Virus record (IMG/VR): IMGVR_UViG_3300026123_000021
Coordinates: 1-29,229 of that record
Direction: 5' to 3' (one strand)
DNA from: a virus
Taxonomy: Duplodnaviria > Caudoviricetes
Length of the DNA stretch: 29,229 nt
The first letter of the stretch is position 1. Each line of letters starts with the position of its first letter. Below the pieces are notes generated by a model that was not told where the DNA came from, ran no database searches, and worked only from the letters and a program-made list of their open reading frames with translations. The position numbers and the translations under genes are program-made. Of the stretch, positions 23,498-29,229 are shown in pieces.

Positions 23498-23743
23498 ATG
23501 TACATTTATTTTAGAAAAGATTATAATCCATATGATATTATGAAAGCGAAATATTGTGAAACCTTTGAAAGTCATAACGATACTGTACATCTTTGTAAAA
23601 TTGATGGAAAGTTCGGATTAATCAGAGAGCATGAAATGGCTACAAAAAAAGACTATGAAAATTATATTGAAATAGAAAAAACCGAAAAAGAAATAATTAG
23701 TTTACAGGAAAAACTCAAAATATTAAAAAATTCATCATTTTAA
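23498..23743 (+). CDS. Hypothetical protein
   Basis: AAGGA RBS and operon packing. Confidence 0.65.
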   Translation: MYIYFRKDYNPYDIMKAKYCETFESHNDTVHLCKIDGKFGLIREHEMATKKDYENYIEIEKTEKEIISLQEKLKILKNSSF

Positions 23744-23768
23744 TATTAGAAGATAAAAAGGATATTAA

Positions 23769-24902
23769 ATGTTTAAATTACCATCAAGAGAAGACTGTCA
23801 GAGAATCGTAAGACAGTCTGATGCTTTTTATTGTACACAAACAGAAGTTAATGGATATTTGGTTGAAATATACAATTACAGACTTGCTTCTTATAATGAT
23901 TTTGTACAAAATTCATTTGAAATGAGGGGAATTACTTTTGTTTATGATTCTAAAAAGAACGAATGGAAAAGACATATTTTATTAAATAAATTCTTTAATG
24001 TTAACGAAAATGAAGATTGGTTAGAATCTAAATTAAAAAATAAAAAAGTTATTAAAGTACAAGATAAATTAGACGGTTCGATAATTTCATTTGTTAAATT
24101 TCCTGATGGTTCTGTTAGAGCAAAATCTAAAATGTCATTTGATTCTGAGCAAGCACAAATGGCACAAAAACTTTATGATGAAAATGCGTCATTAAGAGTA
24201 TTAATAAATGAAGAATTAGATAAAGGTTTTACTCCTATTTTCGAGTTAGTTTCTCCATATAATCAAATAGTTTTAGAATATAATGTTACAGAATTAGTAC
24301 TATTACATATTAGGGATATTGATGGTTCTTACTTCAATGAAACATATAAAAAATCAAGATGCTCGAAATTTATGATTAATACTGCTATAAAATACCCACA
24401 AGGGCACAACGATTTAGACAAATTAATGAAATATAAAGAAACCGTTAAAGATATTGAGGGTTGGGTTGTAACATTTGAAGACGGTCAAATGGCAAAAATA
24501 AAAACAGATTGGTATAACAAAAGACATGGCGTTATTTCAGAATTAAGAGAAAATCAATTAATTGAACTTATTCTAAATGAAGAGATTGATGATGTTCTTT
24601 CGATGTTATCAAATGACTCTGAAAAAAGAAAACAAATCTTAGAAATTCAAGAAATTGTAGATAGTATTTTTAATACTAAAGTTGTTGAATTCAAAGAATT
24701 AAGAAGAAAATATTTCAATGATTTTAATGAAGATAGAAAATCATTTGCTATTAAATTTAAATCAAATCCGTTATTCGGATATGTAATGAAAACATTAAAT
24801 GAATCATTTAGGGATGTTGAAAAAGTAGCTGAAGCACAAGTTAAAACATATATTCTTAATAATACAAATACATTATCAAAGGCAAAGGAATTTTTAAAAT
24901 AA
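23769..24902 (+). CDS. rnlA: RNA ligase 1 (T4 Rnl1/gp63 family)
   Basis: YNYRLASY.DF...EMRGI.F, KFFNVNE, motif I KLDGS, T.IFELVSP.N.IVL.Y, motif IV IEGWV and motif V KIKT.WY...H. Confidence 0.92.
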   Translation: MFKLPSREDCQRIVRQSDAFYCTQTEVNGYLVEIYNYRLASYNDFVQNSFEMRGITFVYDSKKNEWKRHILLNKFFNVNENEDWLESKLKNKKVIKVQDKLDGSIISFVKFPDGSVRAKSKMSFDSEQAQMAQKLYDENASLRVLINEELDKGFTPIFELVSPYNQIVLEYNVTELVLLHIRDIDGSYFNETYKKSRCSKFMINTAIKYPQGHNDLDKLMKYKETVKDIEGWVVTFEDGQMAKIKTDWYNKRHGVISELRENQLIELILNEEIDDVLSMLSNDSEKRKQILEIQEIVDSIFNTKVVEFKELRRKYFNDFNEDRKSFAIKFKSNPLFGYVMKTLNESFRDVEKVAEAQVKTYILNNTNTLSKAKEFLK

Positions 24903-24928
24903 GATAGTGATACACCACATTACTATCT
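24902..24928 (+). terminator. Possible terminator hairpin after the RNA ligase
   Basis: AGATAGTGAT / ATTACTATCT 10-bp stem (one G.U), 7-nt loop, followed by CTCTT. Confidence 0.45.
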
Positions 24929-24977
24929 CTCTTAATCAAATATATCCCCTAAATTTTCTGACAGTCTGAAATAGTTA

Positions 24978-25011
24978 TTTAATCTTGTTTTAATATTAGT
25001 TAGTATATAAT
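24978..25011 (+). promoter_or_regulatory. Class B repeated promoter
   Basis: TTTAATCTTGTTTTAATATTAGTTAGTATATAAT (consensus copy). Confidence 0.8.
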
Positions 25012-25036
25012 ATACTATATAAACAAAAGGAAAGAA

Positions 25037-25750
25037 ATGAAAGAACTTAAAAAAGATATCTTAGATAAATTAAATGAATTTAAAATTAAAGCAGAAGAAA
25101 TGGGTATGAACGTATATGCTGTTGCATTAAAAGGTTCACAAAATTATAACTTACACGATGAAGAGTCTGATGTTGATGCTAACCTTGTTTTTATTCCTAC
25201 GCTAAAACAATTAAGAACAAATCAAAAATTTAAAATCACTAAAGATTTTGGTGAATGTACTTGTCATAATATATATTCATTTGCTGATATTGTTGCAAAA
25301 GGAAATCCACAATGGGTTGAAGTTTGTAATACTGAGTATGTTATCGGTGATTTATCTATGTTTAGTCATTTCAAATTAAATCCTTCAGCATTAAAAGGTA
25401 TGATTATGGAAAAAGTACATGCTTTTGATAAATTATATCCAAGCAGAAAGAAATACATTGAAGATTTTGGATATGACCCTAAACAACTTCATCATATTAT
25501 TAGGTTATATGATTGTTTAAATCATGGTGTTGATATTTACAAATATAATGAAGTAGATAGAGAAAAAATGCTTGACATTAAAAGAGGTAGATATCCTGGT
25601 TCAAAAGAAAAAGCAGAATTAATGAGAGATAATTATATTTCTAAACTTAATGAAATTTACGAAGATAAAAAGTTAGCATATAAACCACAAACAGTAAACT
25701 ATGATTTAATTGATGAAATTGTAACTTATAATATGTGTAAAGGATTATAA
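25037..25750 (+). CDS. Pol-beta-superfamily nucleotidyltransferase (RlaP/YcgL-like)
   Basis: GSQNYNL....SDVD...F.P, K.NP...E, GYDPKQLHHIIRL and DIKRG. Confidence 0.82.
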   Translation: MKELKKDILDKLNEFKIKAEEMGMNVYAVALKGSQNYNLHDEESDVDANLVFIPTLKQLRTNQKFKITKDFGECTCHNIYSFADIVAKGNPQWVEVCNTEYVIGDLSMFSHFKLNPSALKGMIMEKVHAFDKLYPSRKKYIEDFGYDPKQLHHIIRLYDCLNHGVDIYKYNEVDREKMLDIKRGRYPGSKEKAELMRDNYISKLNEIYEDKKLAYKPQTVNYDLIDEIVTYNMCKGL

Positions 25751-26221
25751 ATGATTAGTAAAAAATTATTAGAAGAAGTACTAACAGTATCATACGGTGA
25801 AGGATTTACAGTAGTAGATTTTGAAGAATCATATTCTTTTGATGGATTACATTTTGAATACTGCTATGGGGATGTAGACATAACTGAGAAAGATTCTATT
25901 AACATCTATGAATTAGCCCATAAGTGTAAAGAATGGGCTTATAAACAAAAAATAATAGGTCTTGGTGCAATACACTATTTAACAAAAATTGAAGTTATAA
26001 CTAAACATTACGAAGACTATTACGTATGTGGCATAGAAAAAAGTGGAGCTGACGATAATACTCCTTTAAGTTTTTACGGTCTAAAAGGCAGAGATAACCA
26101 TAGGGAAGAATGTTGGAATCTTCCAGCTAACAAAATCAAAGAACTGAGATGGTATGCAGACACAGAACAAGAAGCAATCTTTAAAGCTTGTCAATGGATA
26201 TTAGAAAATAAGGAAAAATAA
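25751..26221 (+). CDS. Hypothetical protein, paralog 1 (MISK.LL.EVL / NIYELAHKCKEWA / TEQEAIFKACQWIL family)
   Basis: Three conserved blocks shared with the next ORF. Confidence 0.8.
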   Translation: MISKKLLEEVLTVSYGEGFTVVDFEESYSFDGLHFEYCYGDVDITEKDSINIYELAHKCKEWAYKQKIIGLGAIHYLTKIEVITKHYEDYYVCGIEKSGADDNTPLSFYGLKGRDNHREECWNLPANKIKELRWYADTEQEAIFKACQWILENKEK

Positions 26222-26603
26222 ATGATTAGTAAAGAATTGTTGAGTGAAGTTTTAGGCTTAAAAATAAAACAATTAGATTATTATTCTGACACAAAAAACA
26301 CCATAGTATTTACAGACACATATAAGAATTATGGTTGGCAACTTGAAAATATTTATGAACTAGCTCACAAGTGTAAAGAGTGGGCTAAGTATTATGGATT
26401 CAAAATTCATAGTGGTTATTCACATGAAGCGATTGGACAATCATATGCTACTCCAATGAAAGAAAAATGGGAAGCTGGAAACCTAATTATGGCATATTGT
26501 CCTGATGACTGCCCAGTAGAGGATTTTGTTTTACAAACAGAACAAGAAGCAATCTTTAAAGCTTGTCAATGGATATTAGATAATAAGGAAAAATAAATGA
26601 TTA
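26162..26603 (+). repeat. 67-bp direct repeat (26162-26228 and 26537-26603, 1 mismatch)
   Basis: ACAGAACAAGAAGCAATCTTTAAAGCTTGTCAATGGATATTAGA(A/T)AATAAGGAAAAATAAATGATTA. Includes the gene end, RBS, stop and next ATG. Confidence 0.92.
26222..26596 (+). CDS. Hypothetical protein, paralog 2
   Basis: Same three blocks with different intervening segments. Confidence 0.8.
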   Translation: MISKELLSEVLGLKIKQLDYYSDTKNTIVFTDTYKNYGWQLENIYELAHKCKEWAKYYGFKIHSGYSHEAIGQSYATPMKEKWEAGNLIMAYCPDDCPVEDFVLQTEQEAIFKACQWILDNKEK

Positions 26604-27049
26604 TATTAATATTAGTTATTCTTGGTTCAATTGTTTTTACTGCGTTAGGATTGATTGTTCATCCACTATACATTCTTCTTATAATTCCTTTATGTATTAT
26701 TTTAGGTGTCATAGAAAAAGAAAATTCATTTGATGATTTGGTACTTAACAGTATTCTTGTATTTTTATTATCAGGATTTATAATGATTATTATTGCCGTT
26801 TCTATATCTTATTTTTCTAAAGACTCGTCTACATCAGAAACAAATACAAGTTATGTTATTTCACTTACCACAGATGAAAAAATTATTATTGAAAGTAAAA
26901 ATGGAACTGAACTTATAGATGACCAAAGATTATATTGGAAATGTAAAAGTACAAAATGTACAACACATATTGAAACTGTTACAAGAACACAACCACAAAT
27001 TTTATCAAATTCATGGGAAAGAGTTCAAAGAGAATATGATGTACAATAG
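26597..27049 (+). CDS. Membrane protein (about 3 TM plus a soluble C-terminus)
   Basis: Three long hydrophobic segments in the first 75 aa. Confidence 0.75.
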   Translation: MIILILVILGSIVFTALGLIVHPLYILLIIPLCIILGVIEKENSFDDLVLNSILVFLLSGFIMIIIAVSISYFSKDSSTSETNTSYVISLTTDEKIIIESKNGTELIDDQRLYWKCKSTKCTTHIETVTRTQPQILSNSWERVQREYDVQ

Positions 27050-27083
27050 TTTAAACCTGTTTTAAGGTTACTTTTGATATAAT
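27050..27083 (+). promoter_or_regulatory. Class B promoter variant
   Basis: TTTAAACCTGTTTTAAGGTTACTTTTGATATAAT. Confidence 0.7.
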
Positions 27084-27110
27084 TATAATATATAAAATAA
27101 AGGATATATT

Positions 27111-27254
27111 ATGTTTGTATATATAACAGGCGACCATAAAGTTTTTAAAAATAAAAAAGATGTCGAAGAGTATGTTAAAACTCCTAATATGAGTATGAAT
27201 ATATATGAGAACCATAAGTTCTTAGGATATTATAAAAAGGTAAAGGTTAGATAA
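27111..27254 (+). CDS. Hypothetical protein, 47 aa (below the ORF-track cutoff)
   Basis: MFVYITGDHKVFKNKKDVEEYVK...YYKKVKVR*. AAGGA RBS. Abuts the next ATG. Confidence 0.7.
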   Translation: MFVYITGDHKVFKNKKDVEEYVKTPNMSMNIYENHKFLGYYKKVKVR

Positions 27255-28304
27255 ATGAATAGAGATAAATTAGTTTTTTGGTTTATTAAAAACTACAATG
27301 ATTTACATTTAGAAATGTCTAAATCAAATCACACATTTTTACCCACAGAACCGAACCCATATCATGCTGAAAATTCAGTATGGACACATACAATGATGGT
27401 TTTAACATGGGTAGAATCAAAGTTTAAAGATGATGTAGATTACATTACATTATTAACAACTGCAATGTTACATGATATTGGTAAACCGAGTTGCCAAATC
27501 CTTAAAGAACCTAATATTAAGAATAATAAACCATCTAGATATGCATTTAATGGACATGAAGGTGTTTCAACATTTAAATCTGTTGGTATTCTAAAAAAGT
27601 TACAAAAGGATTTTCCTGAAGTTTATACTGATAAAATAGTTAAATCTATTATTGAATTAGTATCTTTACACGGTGTTCACAACGAAGGTTTAGATTCAAT
27701 TGAATTAAGAGAAAAGTTCAGAGAATGTGACAAGATGGGTGCTATTAGAAGAGATACAGATGTACAAGACCAATATCCTGGTAGAAAGTTCGCAAGAACA
27801 AATCCACAACCTGGAAAAAATTTAATTGTTCTTTGTGGATTACCTTGTAGTGGAAAAAGTACTTATTTTAGAAATGAATTAATTAGTACACACGCGTTAT
27901 TATCAAGAGATTCTATGATGTATACTTTTATGTCACCTGAATATGATGGAGAACCTTATAACAGAATTTACAATGATATTCACAATGATGAAGAACTGTT
28001 AAAAGAATTCAATGAATCATTTGATAAAGAAATTAATAGAGTTGTTAAAGAATGTGACAATGTAGTAATTGACATGACAATGTTAAGTCTTAAATCAAGA
28101 AGAAATATGTTAAACAAATTTAACAAATTTAACACTAAATGTATTGTGTTTATGACAGACTTAGAAACTATTGAAAATAGAAATATAGAAAGATCAAAAC
28201 AAGGTAAATATATTTCACCAGAAGTTTATGAAAACATGATGAGGTCATTTGTTTATCCAGTAACAGACGAAGGTTTTGATAAAATAGAATTAATGATTAA
28301 TTAA
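27255..28304 (+). CDS. HD-domain phosphoesterase fused to a P-loop polynucleotide kinase (HD-Pnk-like end-healing enzyme)
   Basis: YHAENSVWTHTMMV...MLHDIGKP...FNGHEGVS...H...D..G, then LCGLPCSGKST...LSRD...VIDMT.L...SR...RNIER...M...F..P...EGF. Confidence 0.85.
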   Translation: MNRDKLVFWFIKNYNDLHLEMSKSNHTFLPTEPNPYHAENSVWTHTMMVLTWVESKFKDDVDYITLLTTAMLHDIGKPSCQILKEPNIKNNKPSRYAFNGHEGVSTFKSVGILKKLQKDFPEVYTDKIVKSIIELVSLHGVHNEGLDSIELREKFRECDKMGAIRRDTDVQDQYPGRKFARTNPQPGKNLIVLCGLPCSGKSTYFRNELISTHALLSRDSMMYTFMSPEYDGEPYNRIYNDIHNDEELLKEFNESFDKEINRVVKECDNVVIDMTMLSLKSRRNMLNKFNKFNTKCIVFMTDLETIENRNIERSKQGKYISPEVYENMMRSFVYPVTDEGFDKIELMIN

Positions 28305-28314
28305 AGGAATAATT

Positions 28315-28482
28315 ATGAGTACATTTTTAGATAATATTATAACATTAATTGTTTTATCTGCCTGGATATTTGGAGTTATCCTTGCTAAAGGATTTTTGTC
28401 AACATTTGCAGCAATATGTATTCCACCTTGGGCTTGGTATCTTACAATTGAACATTTTGCTAAATTCTTTAGTTTGATTTAA
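28315..28482 (+). CDS. Small membrane protein, 55 aa (below the ORF-track cutoff)
   Basis: MSTFLDNIITLIVLSAWIFGVILAKGFLSTFAAICIPPWAWYLTIEHF...*. AAGGA RBS. Confidence 0.75.
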   Translation: MSTFLDNIITLIVLSAWIFGVILAKGFLSTFAAICIPPWAWYLTIEHFAKFFSLI

Positions 28483-28511
28483 TCTTGTTTTAATATTAGT
28501 TTTGTTATAAT
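28478..28511 (+). promoter_or_regulatory. Class B repeated promoter
   Basis: TTTAATCTTGTTTTAATATTAGTTTTGTTATAAT. Confidence 0.78.
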
Positions 28512-28539
28512 ATAATATATAAACAAAAGGATATTAATA

Positions 28540-28767
28540 ATGAACTCATCTACAATAAAACAAATTGAAAAAGCGTTAACATATCATATCAATTATGCAG
28601 GTTATTCTAATGGTAAGTATCTAAAAATAATGGATAGACTTGCATTTAATTATACTGGTGCACCAGCTATTAAAGTTTCTAAATTATTAAATGATTACTT
28701 TAAAGAAGTGAATGTTAAAACTTTAGATGATGCAATCAAAAGATTAAAGGATATTAATAATGACTAA
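28540..28767 (+). CDS. Hypothetical protein
   Basis: Promoter and AAGGA RBS. Confidence 0.7.
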   Translation: MNSSTIKQIEKALTYHINYAGYSNGKYLKIMDRLAFNYTGAPAIKVSKLLNDYFKEVNVKTLDDAIKRLKDINND

Positions 28768-28963
28768 ACTTCAAAAAGCACAACAAAAATACAATGAAGC
28801 TAATAGAAATTATTATGCATTTAAAGATCAATACGAAGATCATTTTTATGGTGATAAGAAATTAAGCGCTAAAGATATCAGATTTGTTGAGTTTAGAATG
28901 AAACAAGAGTTTGATACTATGCAAACTCTATTATATATTTTTGGAGAGGAAATAAGAAAATGA
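28760..28963 (+). CDS. Hypothetical protein
   Basis: AAGGA RBS and overlap coupling. Confidence 0.7.
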   Translation: MTKLQKAQQKYNEANRNYYAFKDQYEDHFYGDKKLSAKDIRFVEFRMKQEFDTMQTLLYIFGEEIRK

Positions 28964-29223
28964 AAAAAATATTATTAGCTTTTTTACTAATCGGTTCAAC
29001 ACAATTATTTGGTGACAATTGTGAAGTTAAATATATCAATGGATATGCTATATCTTTTCAAAAAGATAATACTGAAATTAATATTATGTTTGATAAATTA
29101 ATATCTCTTTTTAGTATAGATGATGACTATTATTTTAGATATAAATCTAATATAAAGTCATCAGACTATTGCAAAATATCTAATTTAGATTATAATAAAA
29201 TTAAATCAGAAATGTTTAAATGA
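28960..29223 (+). CDS. Small exported protein
   Basis: Signal peptide MKKILLAFLLIGSTQLFG/D. Confidence 0.7.
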   Translation: MKKILLAFLLIGSTQLFGDNCEVKYINGYAISFQKDNTEINIMFDKLISLFSIDDDYYFRYKSNIKSSDYCKISNLDYNKIKSEMFK

Positions 29224-29229
29224 AGGGAA

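Noticed and set aside
25751-26603. Diversity-generating retroelement TR/VR pair
   Set aside because: There is only one mismatch, the repeat is the constant part of the genes, and no reverse transcriptase is present in the window.
20609-28511. Repeated 34-bp element as a CRISPR array
   Set aside because: Copies are hundreds to thousands of bases apart, always precede RBS and ATG, and contain TATAAT, so they are promoters.
1-29229. tRNA, rRNA or structured ncRNA genes
   Set aside because: Intergenic gaps are short and AT-rich and are explained by promoters, RBSs and small ORFs. No cloverleaf or T-loop signatures were seen by eye.

Overview
This AT-rich window comes from a large lytic T4-like (Tevenvirinae/Eucampyvirinae-like) phage, with every supported gene on the + strand. 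AAGGA ribosome-binding sites and TATAAT promoters preceded by periodic TTAA blocks suggest a Campylobacterota host such as Arcobacter or Sulfurimonas (inference). In order it contains: (1) a partial cupin, a HAD phosphatase, ClpP, and three late genes sharing a capsid-targeting-like N-terminus, one of them ferritin/Dps-like; (2) a 7.6-kb cytosine-hypermodification cluster with a dNMP kinase, a gp42-like dCMP hydroxymethylase, a second thymidylate-synthase-fold protein, a HAD phosphatase, a nucleotidyltransferase-kinase fusion, two GT-B-like glycosyltransferases and an atypical C5-cytosine methyltransferase; (3) a PD-(D/E)XK nuclease, a MazG-like enzyme, clamp loader gp44 and an AAA+ ATPase; (4) a family B DNA polymerase in three genes, split once in the fingers and again by a naturally split Ser-type intein at YGDTD/S, with a doubly frameshifted GIY-YIG gene between the intein halves; (5) thyA, an SPFH protein and an RNA-repair set (Rnl1 ligase, Pol-beta-like nucleotidyltransferase, HD-Pnk) among small hypotheticals. 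The most novel signal is a shared (L/I)DDW/EEW peptide in the polymerase tail and in all three predicted DNA-modifying enzymes, which suggests clamp-tethered, replication-coupled hypermodification. All calls rest on motif recognition by eye; no database searches were run.
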